A DNA stretch of 64,000 nucleotides from the NCBI GenBank assembly GCA_963753435.1, contig CAVWCF010000001.1, forward strand, positions 352,001-416,000, written 5' to 3'. Origin of the DNA: an uncultured Actinomycetota bacterium. Lineage in GTDB: Bacteria; Actinomycetota; Actinomycetes; CAVWCF01. The position numbers and the translations under genes are program-made. A model generated the notes under the pieces. The model ran no database searches. It saw only the letters and a program-made list of their open reading frames with translations, and had not been told where the DNA came from. Shown one piece after another: positions 39,337 through 50,486 of the stretch. Within the stretch, counting starts at the first letter, position 1. Each line of letters begins with the position of its first letter.

Positions 39337-39365
39337 CACTCGGCGCATCCGGCCAACTTCTTGAG
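39337..39365 (-). promoter_or_regulatory. Sigma-28-type promoter for the roadblock-DUF4388-GTPase operon
   Basis: CTCAAG-N15-GCCGAGTG. Confidence 0.72.
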
Positions 39366-39425
39366 TGGTCGAACGCCCACTGCGCAACGCCCGCGATTGC
39401 GACAAGCCGCTCAGGTCGGGCCAGG

Positions 39426-40232
39426 TCAGGCCAGGCCGGACGCCGCTGCCTCCCGCATGGCCGACTGCGGAGCCGGCCGGCCAGTCATGGCGGTCACCTG
39501 GGCGAAGGCCTGATGCAGGAGCAACTCCAGCCCACTCAACGCCGCCGCGCCGGAACGAACCCAGGCCGTGGCCAACGGGGTGGGCCATGCGTCGTAAACG
39601 ACGTCAAACAACCAGCCGGGGCTAGCGGGGACGCGTTCGACCAGACCGTCGGCCACCCCGGTTGGCACTGTGCTGATGACAAGGTCGGCATCCAGTTCGG
39701 CATGTTCCCAGTCGACTATCACGCCCTCATCGGCGGCGGCCACGGCGAGGACCGACTCAGCTGCCGCTGGGCGGCGCCCGACCACGGCAAGACGACGGAC
39801 CCCCAGGGACCGGGCCGCGGCGGCAGCCGACCGGGCCGTCGCCCCAGTGCCCAGGATGACCAGAGATTCAACTCCGCCGACGCCGGCCTCAGCCAGCGCG
39901 CCGAGGAAACCGGCAACGTCGGTGTTCAGCCCCGTCCGCCCGCCGTCAGGTTCAAATAGCAGCGTGTTGGCCGCGCCAGTGGCCTCGACGTCCACCGACC
40001 AGGTGTCCAACAGCGGCAGGGCCGCCTCCTTCAGGGGCATGGTCAGGGACAACCCCCGCCACGAGTTGTCCCGCGTCGCCACGAAACCGGCCAGTTCATC
40101 GGCGGCACACTCCACAGCGGTGTAAGTCCAGTCCAGACCCAGGGCCGAGTAGGCGGCCCGGTGCAGGGCCGGGCTCAGGGAGTGGCTGACGGGCGAGCCC
40201 AGGACGGCGCAGCGCATCGCAGGTTCACTCAC
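39426..40232 (-). CDS. aroE: Shikimate dehydrogenase
   Basis: LGSPVSHSLSP.LH, GLSLTMPLK, ANT, NTD, GTGATA, DVVY, L.LLLHQA. Confidence 0.96.
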   Translation of the reverse strand: MSEPAMRCAVLGSPVSHSLSPALHRAAYSALGLDWTYTAVECAADELAGFVATRDNSWRGLSLTMPLKEAALPLLDTWSVDVEATGAANTLLFEPDGGRTGLNTDVAGFLGALAEAGVGGVESLVILGTGATARSAAAAARSLGVRRLAVVGRRPAAAESVLAVAAADEGVIVDWEHAELDADLVISTVPTGVADGLVERVPASPGWLFDVVYDAWPTPLATAWVRSGAAALSGLELLLHQAFAQVTAMTGRPAPQSAMREAAASGLA

Positions 40233-41314
40233 TGCTGGCTGGCCTGGAACTCCGCCTTGAAGCGCAGGAATTCCTCATAGTCGGCGGTGAACTTGGTTAC
40301 CCCGGCGCCAGGATCGACCGACACGAAGTACAACCAGTCGCCGTCGGCGGGGGCCAGTGCCGCCGCCAACGCCTCCTCGCCGGGTGAGTTGATCGGACCC
40401 GGCGGCAACCCCTTGTTGGCGTAGGTGTTGTACGGGGAGTCGACCTCTAGGTCCTCCAGCGATACGGCCAGTCGGCTGCGATTCAGCGCATAGTTGACGG
40501 TGGAGTCCATTTGCAGCGGGATGCCCTGCTCCAGGCGGTTGTAGATGACTCGAGCCGCCTTGTCGAAGTCCTCCGGGCGCACTTCGGCCTGAATGATGCT
40601 GGCGATGGTCACCACCTCATCAGGAAACAAGCCCAAATTTGCCGCGCCGTCCACCAAATCCACCGTGGTGGCTGCCTGTTCGAACCTCGCCACCGTCGCC
40701 GCCACGATCTGCGCCGCAGTGGCGTCGGTTTCGAACGTGTAGGTCGCCGGGAACACGTAGCCCTCCGGATTGCCGCCTGCGTACGGCGGCAACGGCAGTC
40801 CCGGATCGGCCAGCGCCGCTTCGAACTGCGAGGCGGGCAGCCCGGTCTCGCGCGCCATGATCTCGATCGATTCGGCCAGCCGCAGGCCCTCCGGCAGCGC
40901 GACCCGGAACTGGACTCGGGCCGACGGGTCCAGCAGGCGCTGCACCGCCCCGGCACCGGACATCTGCAACTTCATCGAGTACCGACCGGGCCCGATGCTG
41001 AGAGCTGCTGGATCGGCCTCCGCAGCAGTCACGAATGCCTCACGCGAGGCCACGACGTCTGCAGCGGTGAGCGTCTCCCCCATCGCCGACAGCGAATCGC
41101 CCGGATTGATCTCGACTGTGACCTCGCCGCTGCCCGGACCCGGGTAGTCACCCGGTTGCGCTACCAGCGTTCGAATGCCGAGCACCAAGCCAATCCCCAC
41201 GGCCACCAGCAGGCCAAGGGCAACCAGCAGCGCCACCGCAGCACGGCCCGATTGCCCGGGCTTTCGGCTTGAACTGCCGAAGCCCCCGTCGGGCACCCCC
41301 GGATCGTTGGTCAC
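40229..41314 (-). CDS. mltG: Endolytic transglycosylase MltG
   Basis: TM, PEG, EGY.FPATY, IASII.AE, VIYNRL, LQMDSTV.Y, SPYNTY...GLPPGPI.SPG. Confidence 0.95.
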   Translation of the reverse strand: MTNDPGVPDGGFGSSSRKPGQSGRAAVALLVALGLLVAVGIGLVLGIRTLVAQPGDYPGPGSGEVTVEINPGDSLSAMGETLTAADVVASREAFVTAAEADPAALSIGPGRYSMKLQMSGAGAVQRLLDPSARVQFRVALPEGLRLAESIEIMARETGLPASQFEAALADPGLPLPPYAGGNPEGYVFPATYTFETDATAAQIVAATVARFEQAATTVDLVDGAANLGLFPDEVVTIASIIQAEVRPEDFDKAARVIYNRLEQGIPLQMDSTVNYALNRSRLAVSLEDLEVDSPYNTYANKGLPPGPINSPGEEALAAALAPADGDWLYFVSVDPGAGVTKFTADYEEFLRFKAEFQASQQ

Positions 41315-41784
41315 GTTGCATCCCCGGTTGCGACGAGCTCCCCGGCCGGCGCCCCGGTGCTGCGCTCGATGTCAAGGGCCGAGGTGAGGATCTCCGCGGC
41401 CGCGGCGGCGTCAATCACCTGCCGAGATCGGGTGCGCCCCGTAGTCCCGCGGACTCCGGCCTCGCGTAACGAGCGCGAGGCTGCCGCTGTCGTCAGCCGC
41501 TCATCCACCAGACGCACCGGCACCGGGCGGATCGCTACGGCCAGTTCAGCCGCGAACGCCCGCGCCTGTTCCGCAGCCGGGCCTTCGGCTCCCGCCAACG
41601 TCAGGGGCAGACCCACCACGACCTCCAAACACTCTCGCTCCGCCACTTCGAGCTGAATCTGCGTCAGAGCAGTCTCAAGCGCAACCGAACGCACCGGGAG
41701 CACCACTGCGGCAGACGCGTCGCTGGCAGCCAATCCGACTCGCGCACGACCGAAGTCGACACCGAGTCGCACCCCGTTGCGCAT
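41311..41784 (-). CDS. ruvX: Pre-16S rRNA nuclease / Holliday junction resolvase-like YqgF
   Basis: LGVDFG..RVGLA.SD, VVGLP, VDERLTT, ID..AA..IL. Confidence 0.93.
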   Translation of the reverse strand: MRNGVRLGVDFGRARVGLAASDASAAVVLPVRSVALETALTQIQLEVAERECLEVVVGLPLTLAGAEGPAAEQARAFAAELAVAIRPVPVRLVDERLTTAAASRSLREAGVRGTTGRTRSRQVIDAAAAAEILTSALDIERSTGAPAGELVATGDAT

Positions 41785-44441
41785 CAGCCCGCGGCCAGCA
41801 CTGCCTCGACCCGCGCCAGCGCCTCGGCCGCCTTGGACGGGTCGCTCCCGCCCCCCTGGGCCACGTCGGGCTTGCCGCCACCGCCGCCACCCAACACGGT
41901 CGCCGCCTCCCGAACCAGAGCTCCGGCCGCAGCGCCGGCGGCCCTGGCTGACTCAGTCGTGGCGATGACCACCACGGGCTTGCCATCGGCGTCCCCGATA
42001 CCGGCCACCACCGCCGCCTCAGCCTCCAACCGCCCCCGCACTTCGAGCACAAACCTGCGTACGTCATCACCGGTCGCGCCGGGAAGGACGGTCCCCACGA
42101 ACCGGTACGGACCTACGTCCCGGGCGCCGTTGGCCGCATCGGCCACCCCCGCAAGCAACTGACGCGCACGCACGGCGGCCAGTTCCCGCTCACCCTGCTT
42201 CACCTTGCCCAGCAAGGCGTCCACTCGGTCCGGTAGATCCCCGCTGGGCGCCTTCAGCAATTCCGAAAGCTGCGCCACGATCGCGTGCTCCTTGGCCAGG
42301 AACCGGTACGCATCGGTACCAACCAGCGCCTCCACCCGGCGGACTCCAGCCCCAATGGACGATTCGCCGAGGAGGGTGATCAACCCCAACTGCGCGGTCC
42401 GATGCACATGCGTGCCACCGCACAGTTCCCGGGCCCAATCACCCACGCTCACGACGCGCACCTCGTTGCCGTACTTCTCACCGAACAGCGCCATGGCGCC
42501 GGACTCGCGCGCCGCGTCCTGGGTCATGTACTCCGCGGTTACCGCCAGGTCGTCGGCGAGCAGTTCGTTGACACGCTGCTCCACGTCCGCCAGGGCAGCC
42601 GGGGGCACTGGCCCCGAGGCCGCGAAGTCGAACCGGAACCGGCCAGGCGCGTTCTCCGAGCCCGCTTGGGTGGCGGTCTCCCCCAGGGCTTCCCGGAACG
42701 CTTTGTGGACCATGTGGGTGGCCGTGTGCGAGCGCGAAATCGCATGGCGGCGGTCGGTGTCGATCTGCGCGTGCACGGTTTCGGCGGCTACGACCTGACC
42801 GCTGAGCACCCGACCCCGGTGCACGGTCAAACCGGGCAGGGGCGCCTGGGTGTCCCGCACTTCAACGACGCCGTGGGCACAAGTCAAAGTGCCGCTGTCG
42901 GCCAACTGGCCGCCACCTTCGGCATAGAAAGGAGTCCGGTCGAGTACCACCTCGACCTCATCACCCTCGGCCGCGACGGCCACAGATGCACCGTCCACCA
43001 GCAGGGCGAGGATGGTCGCCTCGGCCTGGCCGGTTTCGTAGCCGAGGAACTGCACGGGCCCGGCCACGTCCGCCAACGCCCGGTAGGCAGACAGGTCCGT
43101 GTGACCGGTCCGTTTCGCGGCCGCGTCGGCTTTGGCGCGATCCCGTTGCTCGGCCATCAGACGAGTGAAGCCGTCCCGATCCACCTCCAGCCCCTGCTCC
43201 GCGGCCATTTCGATGGTCAAGTCGATCGGGAAGCCGAACGTGTCGTGCAGCTGGAACGCCTGCGCACCACCGAGCCGGGTGCCGCCGGCACCACGGACCT
43301 CGGCCACCGCTGTGTCCAGGAGGGTGGTGCCGTTGCGCAACGTGGCCAGGAAGGACTCCTCCTCGGCCTCGGCGACCCCGTAGATGCGCGCGGCGTCGGC
43401 GACCAACTCCGGGTACTGCGGGCCCATCGCCGTGATCGTCGCGTCCACAAGCCCGGCGATGCTGCGGCCATCGGCGCCCAGCAGGCGCATAGAGCGAATC
43501 ACGCGACGCAGGATTCGGCGCAGCACGTAGCCGCGACCCTCGTTGCCGGGGACAACCCCGTCACCGATCAGCATGACGGCGGTGCGGGCGTGATCGGCGA
43601 CCACTCGCAACCGGACGTCGTCGTCCGGGTCGGCGTGGTAGCGACGGGAGGTGAGTTCGCTGGCCCGATCCAGGATCAATCGGGTCGTGTCGATCTCGTA
43701 GATGTTGTCGACGCCCTGCAGAACCGCGGCCATCCGCTCCAGGCCCAGTCCGGTGTCCACACTCGGCGCGGGCAACTCCCCCTCGATCGGGTAGTCCTCC
43801 TTGCCCTGCCCGGCGCCGCGAATGAACTGCATGAAGACGAGGTTCCAGACCTCCAAGTACCGGTCCTCGTCCACGATCGGCCCGCCTTCAGGGCCGTAGT
43901 CCGGGCCGCGGTCGTAGTAGATCTCCGAACACGGACCACAGGGACCCGGAACGCCCATCGACCAGAAATTGTCCGCCTTGCCGCGCCGCTGGATCCGTTC
44001 CGCGGGCAGGCCCACGCGCTCCTGCCAGATCTGCGCAGACTCATCGTCATCGTGGTAGACGGTGACCCACAGCCGATCCTCGGGAATCCCGTAGCCCCCG
44101 TCTGCGACGGAATCGGTCAACAACTCCCAAGCCAGCGGGATCGCGCCCTCCTTGAAGTAGTCCCCGAAGGAGAAGTTCCCGCACATCTGGAAGAACGAGG
44201 CATGACGCGTGGTCTTGCCGACCTCGTCGATGTCCAACGTCCGCACACACTTCTGCACGCTCGTGGCCCGCGGCCACGGCGGCGTGACGTCGCCGAGGAA
44301 ATAGGGCTTGAACGGAACCATTCCCGCGTTGACCAGCAGGAGGGTCGGGTCGTCGGCGATCAGCGACGCCGACTGGACGACCTCGTGATCGCGCTCGGCG
44401 AAGAACTTCAGCCAGCGCCGGCGGATTTCGGCCGACTCCAT
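41784..44441 (-). CDS. alaS: Alanine--tRNA ligase
   Basis: [45 protein letters not shown]...AQGGG. Confidence 0.98.
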   Translation of the reverse strand: MESAEIRRRWLKFFAERDHEVVQSASLIADDPTLLLVNAGMVPFKPYFLGDVTPPWPRATSVQKCVRTLDIDEVGKTTRHASFFQMCGNFSFGDYFKEGAIPLAWELLTDSVADGGYGIPEDRLWVTVYHDDDESAQIWQERVGLPAERIQRRGKADNFWSMGVPGPCGPCSEIYYDRGPDYGPEGGPIVDEDRYLEVWNLVFMQFIRGAGQGKEDYPIEGELPAPSVDTGLGLERMAAVLQGVDNIYEIDTTRLILDRASELTSRRYHADPDDDVRLRVVADHARTAVMLIGDGVVPGNEGRGYVLRRILRRVIRSMRLLGADGRSIAGLVDATITAMGPQYPELVADAARIYGVAEAEEESFLATLRNGTTLLDTAVAEVRGAGGTRLGGAQAFQLHDTFGFPIDLTIEMAAEQGLEVDRDGFTRLMAEQRDRAKADAAAKRTGHTDLSAYRALADVAGPVQFLGYETGQAEATILALLVDGASVAVAAEGDEVEVVLDRTPFYAEGGGQLADSGTLTCAHGVVEVRDTQAPLPGLTVHRGRVLSGQVVAAETVHAQIDTDRRHAISRSHTATHMVHKAFREALGETATQAGSENAPGRFRFDFAASGPVPPAALADVEQRVNELLADDLAVTAEYMTQDAARESGAMALFGEKYGNEVRVVSVGDWARELCGGTHVHRTAQLGLITLLGESSIGAGVRRVEALVGTDAYRFLAKEHAIVAQLSELLKAPSGDLPDRVDALLGKVKQGERELAAVRARQLLAGVADAANGARDVGPYRFVGTVLPGATGDDVRRFVLEVRGRLEAEAAVVAGIGDADGKPVVVIATTESARAAGAAAGALVREAATVLGGGGGGKPDVAQGGGSDPSKAAEALARVEAVLAAG

Positions 44442-44511
44442 TGGACCCCTACCCGTTCGTCAGTGTGAGTTGCGGAGCCTAGTCCAGCGCGCCGGGACCG
44501 CCCGGGGCCCG

Positions 44512-45846
44512 CTAGTCGTCAGAGTTGGGCTGCAGGAGCGACCGCAACCGCTGCCAGCGCTCCCCCAACTCCGCCTCCGCTCCCCGCCGACCCGGCTCGT
44601 AGTACCGAACGCCGAGCAGTTCGTCGGGGGCGTATTGCTGGGCCACGACACCAGCTGCCGCATCGTGGGGGTACCGATAGTCAGGCGAACTCGAATCAGC
44701 GGACCAGGCCGAGACTGATCCGCGCAGATGCACCGGGATTGGACCGGTCTTGCCGGCACGGACGTCGGTCAACGCGGCATCGACTGCCCGGTAGGCAGAG
44801 TTGGACTTTGGCGCCAGCGCCAGATGCAGGACCGCCTGCGCCAACGGGAGTCGGGCCTCCGGCAACCCCACCATCGCCGCAGCTTCGGCGGCGGCGACCG
44901 CCACCAGCAGTGCGGTCGGATCGGCCAAGCCCACGTCCTCCGAGGCCAGGATGACCAAGCGCCGCGCGATGAACCGCGGGTCCTCTCCCGCATCGATCAT
45001 GCGCGCGAGGTAGTGCAGCGCCGCGTCGGCATCGCTGCCCCGGATGGACTTGATCAAGGCACTGACCACGTCATAGTGGGCGTCGCCGGCGCGGTCATGG
45101 CGCACCTGGGCTCGTTGCACCGCCGTCGCCACATCATCGGCTCCCACAGTCGACCTACCGTCGGCTGCGGCCGCCTGAACTGCGGCGTCCAGCGCCGTCA
45201 AGGCCCATCGCGCATCGCCAGCGGCGGCGCGACCGATCGCCGCGAGGACCTCAGCATCAACCGAGATTTCACCGCCGAATCCAACGTCCGAGTTCACCGC
45301 GCGAACCAGCACCTCGCGTACCTGTTCCGCCGTCAGCGGCACCAGTCCCACCAGAATGGACCGCGACTGCAGCGGTGCGATCACGGACATGTGCGGGTTC
45401 TCGGTGGTCGCCGCCACCAGCGTCACCCAGCCGTTCTCCACAGCCGGAAGGAGGGCGTCTTGCTGGGTGCGGGAGAACCGATGCACCTCGTCGATGAACA
45501 GGACCGTCCCGCGACCTTCGCTGCCGAGCCGTCGGCGGGCCCCGTCGATAGCAGCACGGACCTGCGCGACACCGGAATTGACCGCGGACAGTTCTACGAA
45601 GTGGCGATCAGCAGTGTCGGCGATCAGCATCGCCACCGTCGTCTTCCCCGACCCCGGAGGGCCGTGCAGGATCACCGACAGCGCCGCCTTCGGATCATCG
45701 ATGAGGCGGCGAACCGGAGACCCAGCCGCTAGCAGGTGCTCCTGCCCGATCAACTCGCCAACCGACCGTGGGCGCATCCGCGCGGCAAGGGGCGCCCGGC
45801 TACGAGCGACGTCGTCGCCGGCGACGGTGAACAGGTCCTCGCTCAC
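44512..45846 (-). CDS. rarA: Replication-associated recombination protein A (AAA+)
   Basis: PLAARMRP, GPPGSGKTT, FIDEVHRF, ATTENP, SALIKSIRGSD, ASEDVGLADP. Confidence 0.95.
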   Translation of the reverse strand: MSEDLFTVAGDDVARSRAPLAARMRPRSVGELIGQEHLLAAGSPVRRLIDDPKAALSVILHGPPGSGKTTVAMLIADTADRHFVELSAVNSGVAQVRAAIDGARRRLGSEGRGTVLFIDEVHRFSRTQQDALLPAVENGWVTLVAATTENPHMSVIAPLQSRSILVGLVPLTAEQVREVLVRAVNSDVGFGGEISVDAEVLAAIGRAAAGDARWALTALDAAVQAAAADGRSTVGADDVATAVQRAQVRHDRAGDAHYDVVSALIKSIRGSDADAALHYLARMIDAGEDPRFIARRLVILASEDVGLADPTALLVAVAAAEAAAMVGLPEARLPLAQAVLHLALAPKSNSAYRAVDAALTDVRAGKTGPIPVHLRGSVSAWSADSSSPDYRYPHDAAAGVVAQQYAPDELLGVRYYEPGRRGAEAELGERWQRLRSLLQPNSDD

Positions 45847-45873
45847 CTGCGGAGGCTATGCCAGGGTTCGGCT

Positions 45874-46641
45874 GTGTTGGAGGTGCTCCGGGACCGGGAA
45901 GCGCTACTTCGCGCCACCGACGGCGACGCCTACGTGCGCTGGAACGTGGATCCGGAGTCCCCCTTGGTGGGCTATCGACGTGATCAGGCGGTCGTTTGGT
46001 CCACCCGAAGCCCGACCCGGGGCCTGCGTTGGCTGTACGCCCTGGGGCCGGCCACGGCAGCGGCCAACCTCGCCGCCGACAGCGTGGACCTGCTTGACGA
46101 ACCGCCCTACGGGCTGACCGCGGCGCGGGACATCGGTGCCGCGTTGCCCGACTCGCTGCGACCGCTGGAACGCGACGAGTGGGACTGGTGGTGGATGGAC
46201 CGCCCGCCCCCCGCGCAACCCGGCGAGGACGCGGCCCAGTGGGAGGAGGACGAGAAAGCGGTGGCGCAGTTCCTCGCCGCGGCCAGTCCCCGACGCTCAG
46301 CTGATCCCGGCGACCCGCACGTACTGCGCTGGTGTTCCATCCGCGACGAGCAGGGCATTGCCGCGTGCGCCGCCGAGTTGCACTACGTACCTGGGGTTCC
46401 CCACCTGGCATCCATTGCGGTTCGGCCGGACCGGCGCGGTGCGGGGCTGGGTGGCGCCGTCACGGCCTGGATCACCCGTCAGATCCTGGCCGCCGAAGCG
46501 CCCGTGGTGACCCTGGGCATGTACGCAGACAACGAACCAGCTCGCCGCGTGTACCGGCGGCTCGGCTATCGGGATGAGCACCACCTGATGTCCGGGCGCA
46601 CGCCCTACGGGGACGTGCGCGCCCAGACCCGTACATCCTGA
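45874..46641 (+). CDS. GNAT family N-acetyltransferase
   Basis: IAVRPDRRGAGLGGAV, N.PARRVYRRLGY; start reassigned to GTG 45874. Confidence 0.88.
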   Translation: MLEVLRDREALLRATDGDAYVRWNVDPESPLVGYRRDQAVVWSTRSPTRGLRWLYALGPATAAANLAADSVDLLDEPPYGLTAARDIGAALPDSLRPLERDEWDWWWMDRPPPAQPGEDAAQWEEDEKAVAQFLAAASPRRSADPGDPHVLRWCSIRDEQGIAACAAELHYVPGVPHLASIAVRPDRRGAGLGGAVTAWITRQILAAEAPVVTLGMYADNEPARRVYRRLGYRDEHHLMSGRTPYGDVRAQTRTS

Positions 46642-46650
46642 ACTGACCGC

Positions 46651-48453
46651 CTAGTTGCGGCGCGTGTCCGGGAGCACCTCATGACCTGGTTCGTTCGGAA
46701 CCGGGGTGGGTTCATCCGCGTCCGGTTCGACGTCGATCCCGGCCTCCAGTCGTTGCTGTGCGGTGATCGGCGTGGGTGCTGCGGTGAGCGGGTCGTAGCC
46801 GGCGCCGGTCTTGGGGAAAGCGATCACCTCACGGATCGAGTCGGCTCCGGACAACAGCATGCAGATGCGGTCCCAGCCGAACGCGATGCCCGCGTGCGGG
46901 GGTGGCCCGTAGCGGAAGGCCTCCAGAAGGAACCCGAACTTGACCTGGGCCTCGGCCTCGGTCAGCCCGATCAAGTCGAAAACCCGCCGCTGCAGGGCGG
47001 CATCATGAATACGTACGGAACCGCCGCCGATCTCGTTGCCGTTGCAGACCAGGTCGTAGGCCTGGGCCAGCGCTCCTTCGGGGTCCGCTTCCAGGCGATC
47101 GGCGTCTTCGGCTATCGGTGCCGTGAACGGGTGGTGCACCGCGGTCCATCCCGTGGTTCCGTCCTCGTGCTCGATCTCCTCGAACATGGGCGCCGCAACA
47201 ACCCACACGAACGACCACTCGTTGGCGTCGATGAGGTCGCAGCGGCGGGCGATCTCCACCCGGGTGGCGCCTAGCAGCCGCTGCACCTCTGCGCGTTTGC
47301 CGGCGCCGAAGAAGGCGCAATCACCCGGCTTGGCGCCAAGCGCATCCGCCAAACCGGACCGCTCGGCATCGGAGAGGTTCTTGGCTACCGGACCGCCGGG
47401 CGTGCCGTCGGCGTCGAACGTCACGTACGCCAACCCCTTCGCCCCGCGCTGCCGAGCCCAGTCCTGCCAGGCGTCGAAGGCGCGACGCGGTTGGTCGCCA
47501 CCGCCGGGCATCACGACGGCACCGACGTGCGGTGCCTGGAACACCCGGAAGGTCGTCTCGGCGAAGTAGTCGGTCAGGTCCACCAGCTCGCAGCCGAAAC
47601 GCAGGTCAGGCTTGTCGGATCCGTACCGGGACATGGCATCGGCGAACGTCAGGTGCGGAATCTCCGGGATCTCGTAGTCCAGTACTCCCGACCACAGCGA
47701 CCGGACTACCTCTTCGCCGACCGCCATGACGTCGTCGCCGTCGACGAAGGACATCTCGATGTCCAGTTGGGTGAACTCCGGCTGCCGATCAGCACGGAAG
47801 TCCTCGTCGCGATAGCAGCGGGCGATCTGGTAGTAGCGCTCCATTCCCGCGACCATCAGCAGTTGCTTGAACAGTTGCGGCGATTGCGGCAGCGCGTACC
47901 AGTGACCTGGCTGCAGGCGGACGGGAACGAGGAAGTCGCGGGCGCCCTCGGGGGTTGAACGCGTCAACGTGGGCGTTTCGATCTCCACGAAATCGTGCCG
48001 GTGCAGCACCTCTCGAGCCAGTCGATTCACCTCGGAGCGCATGCGCAGGGCGTTACCAGGCTGGGACCGGCGCAGGTCCAGGTAGCGCCACCGCAGCCGC
48101 GCCTCCTCGCCGACCTCCAACTCGTCCTCGACCTGGAACGGCAACGCCTCCGCGGTCGACAGGACCACCACCTGCTCGGCGATCACTTCGACCGCACCGG
48201 TGCTGAGGTTGGGGTTCTCGTTGCCCTCGGGGCGACGGCGAACCGCGCCAACCACCTTTAGGCAGAACTCGTTGCGCAGGCCGTGGGCGACATCGGGGTC
48301 GCGAACCACAACCTGGGCTAATCCGGACGAGTCACGGAGGTCCAAGAAGGCGACGCCGCCGTGGTCACGCCGGCGAGCAACCCAGCCGGCCAAAGTCACC
48401 GTCGTTTCGACGTCCTCGGCCCGCAAACTGCCTGCCTGTCGAGTGCGGATCAC
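46651..48453 (-). CDS. aspS: Aspartate--tRNA ligase, likely non-discriminating Asp/Asn type
   Basis: [59 protein letters not shown]; start GTG 48453. Confidence 0.97.
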   Translation of the reverse strand: MIRTRQAGSLRAEDVETTVTLAGWVARRRDHGGVAFLDLRDSSGLAQVVVRDPDVAHGLRNEFCLKVVGAVRRRPEGNENPNLSTGAVEVIAEQVVVLSTAEALPFQVEDELEVGEEARLRWRYLDLRRSQPGNALRMRSEVNRLAREVLHRHDFVEIETPTLTRSTPEGARDFLVPVRLQPGHWYALPQSPQLFKQLLMVAGMERYYQIARCYRDEDFRADRQPEFTQLDIEMSFVDGDDVMAVGEEVVRSLWSGVLDYEIPEIPHLTFADAMSRYGSDKPDLRFGCELVDLTDYFAETTFRVFQAPHVGAVVMPGGGDQPRRAFDAWQDWARQRGAKGLAYVTFDADGTPGGPVAKNLSDAERSGLADALGAKPGDCAFFGAGKRAEVQRLLGATRVEIARRCDLIDANEWSFVWVVAAPMFEEIEHEDGTTGWTAVHHPFTAPIAEDADRLEADPEGALAQAYDLVCNGNEIGGGSVRIHDAALQRRVFDLIGLTEAEAQVKFGFLLEAFRYGPPPHAGIAFGWDRICMLLSGADSIREVIAFPKTGAGYDPLTAAPTPITAQQRLEAGIDVEPDADEPTPVPNEPGHEVLPDTRRN

Positions 48454-49709
48454 GCCAACGCCTCCTGAATGGTCGCTACCACTGCTGTGCGGGCACAGGC
48501 TTGCTGTTCGCCTGTGGTCATGTCCTTGATTTGCACCAGGCCCTCGGCCAAGTCCCGGTCGCCGATGATCAGCGCCCATCGGGCCCCGGAGCGGTCCGCA
48601 GCCTTCATGGATCCCTTCAAGCCCCGCCCGGCCGGGGCCAAGTCACTGCTGATGCCGGCCCGGCGCAGGGCCGTGACGTGCTCGAACACCTCACGGTGAG
48701 CGTCGGCACTGAGCCCGACACCGAACACTGCGCAAACCGGTTCCGCACCGATGCTGAGCCCCTCGGCGGCCACCGCCAGCGCGGTTCGCTCAACACCCAG
48801 GGCGAATCCGACTGACGGCAACGGCGGTCCCCCGATCGCTTCGGACAACCCGTCGTAGCGGCCACCGCCGCCGATCGCCGATTGCGAACCAAGCCCATCG
48901 TGGACGAACTCGAACGCAGTCCGGGTGTAGTAGTCCAAGCCCCGGACCAGTCGCGGCGCCTCTTCCCAGGCGACCCCAATGTCCGTTAGGTATTGACGCA
49001 CTTCGTCGTAGTGGCGTCGGCTGTCGTCGCTCAGGTAGTCGGGCAGCAACGGAGCCGCGGCCAACTGCGCCTGCACTTCAGGTCGCTTGTCGTCCAGCAC
49101 CCGAAGCGGGTTCAACTCCGCGCGCTTGCGGGTTGCTTCGTCGAGGTCCAGCCCCTGCAAGTAGGTCACAAGAGCTTTCCGGTACGCCGGCCGGTCGGAG
49201 GAATCGCCCAGACTGTTGAGCAGCAACCGCACCTGGCTCAGGCCCAAGTCCGTGAACGCGTCGGCGGCCAAGCCGATGAGTTCGGCGTCGACCGCCGGAT
49301 CCTCCGTGCCGAGGGCCTCGGCCCCGACCTGGGAGAAGTGACGGAATCGGCCAGCTTGTGGCCGTTCGTACCGGAAGAAGGGTCCGGAGTACCAAACCTT
49401 GACGGGTAGGGCGCCCCGATGCAGCCCGTGCTGAACGGCGGCGCGGACAACCGATGCCGTCCCTTCCGGCCGCAGTGTCACCTCGTCGCCGCCCTTGGTG
49501 GTGAACGAGTACATCTCCTTGCTCACCACATCGGTGGAGCCGCCGACGCCGCGGACGAACAGGTCCGTCTCTTCGAAGACCGGCGTTTCCATATAGGCGT
49601 AGCCGGCCCGCTGGACCGGGGCGGCCAAAGCCTCACGCAGCCGGATCAGGCTTTCACCCTCTGGGGGCAGGACGTCGAATGTGCCCTTCGGCGCTCGGAC
49701 TCCGGTCAT
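48450..49709 (-). CDS. hisS: Histidine--tRNA ligase
   Basis: [42 protein letters not shown]. Confidence 0.98.
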   Translation of the reverse strand: MTGVRAPKGTFDVLPPEGESLIRLREALAAPVQRAGYAYMETPVFEETDLFVRGVGGSTDVVSKEMYSFTTKGGDEVTLRPEGTASVVRAAVQHGLHRGALPVKVWYSGPFFRYERPQAGRFRHFSQVGAEALGTEDPAVDAELIGLAADAFTDLGLSQVRLLLNSLGDSSDRPAYRKALVTYLQGLDLDEATRKRAELNPLRVLDDKRPEVQAQLAAAPLLPDYLSDDSRRHYDEVRQYLTDIGVAWEEAPRLVRGLDYYTRTAFEFVHDGLGSQSAIGGGGRYDGLSEAIGGPPLPSVGFALGVERTALAVAAEGLSIGAEPVCAVFGVGLSADAHREVFEHVTALRRAGISSDLAPAGRGLKGSMKAADRSGARWALIIGDRDLAEGLVQIKDMTTGEQQACARTAVVATIQEALA

Positions 49710-49781
49710 CTAGTGGTCCCGGAGCAAGCGACGCAACTTTGGCGATGAGCAGTCCAATGCCTGGCAGCGAGGCGCGCGCAC

Positions 49782-50486
49782 TTAGAGGCCCCGGGCCGGC
49801 GGCGCGGAGGTGGCGCCCCTGGCGGCTTCAGCCAGGAACGGGTTGGTGGCTCGCTCGGCCCCGATCGTGGTCGTTGGGCCGTGCCCCGGCAGCACGACCG
49901 TGTCGTCGGCCAACGGCAGGCACTTGTCCGCGAGGCTGCGCATCATCGCCTCGGGGGAACCCCCGGGCAGATCCGTACGCCCGATGCTGCCCGCAAACAA
50001 CACGTCACCGGAGAGCAGGGTGGGCTCACCGTCGTTGTCGACATGGAACATGACCGAGCCCGGAGTGTGTCCGGGCGCGTGATCGACGAGCAGGTCGAGG
50101 CCGGCCAGGGAGATGGTCGCGGCGTCTTCCAGGCGGCGGACGTCGTCCGGCTCGCTCCAATTCAGCCGACCTCCGAAGAAGTCCTTGGTTTGTTGCGACA
50201 GCCCCTTCATCGGATCAACCAAGAGCTCGGCATCGTCTCCGTGGATGTATGCCGGGATGCCTTTGGCACCACAGACCGGGGTTACCGAGAACGTGTGGTC
50301 GATGTGGCCGTGCGTCAGCAGGACCGCGGCTGGCTGCAGCCGATGGCGCTGGAGCACCTCCTCCAACGCATCGCTGACATCGACGCCCGGGTCGACGACC
50401 AGGCACTCCGAACCCGGGCCCGGTGCGATCACGTAACAGTTGGTCGCGAAAGCCGCGGCCGGGAACCCGACGACGAGCACGTGCAT
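49782..50486 (-). CDS. MBL-fold metallo-hydrolase (glyoxalase II-like)
   Basis: THGHIDH, PGHTPGS, GD.LF.GSIGRTD, PGHG. Confidence 0.93.
   Translation of the reverse strand: MHVLVVGFPAAAFATNCYVIAPGPGSECLVVDPGVDVSDALEEVLQRHRLQPAAVLLTHGHIDHTFSVTPVCGAKGIPAYIHGDDAELLVDPMKGLSQQTKDFFGGRLNWSEPDDVRRLEDAATISLAGLDLLVDHAPGHTPGSVMFHVDNDGEPTLLSGDVLFAGSIGRTDLPGGSPEAMMRSLADKCLPLADDTVVLPGHGPTTTIGAERATNPFLAEAARGATSAPPARGL

Noticed and set aside
42285-44468. Long antisense ORFs (727 aa opposite alaS; similar ones opposite rpsA, rel, ruvB)
   Set aside because: Shadow ORFs typical of high-GC DNA, fully overlapping conserved genes and lacking motifs
44442-44511. T-box leader for alaS (or hisS at 49710-49781)
   Set aside because: Intergenic gaps of ~70 bp are too short and show no T-box motif
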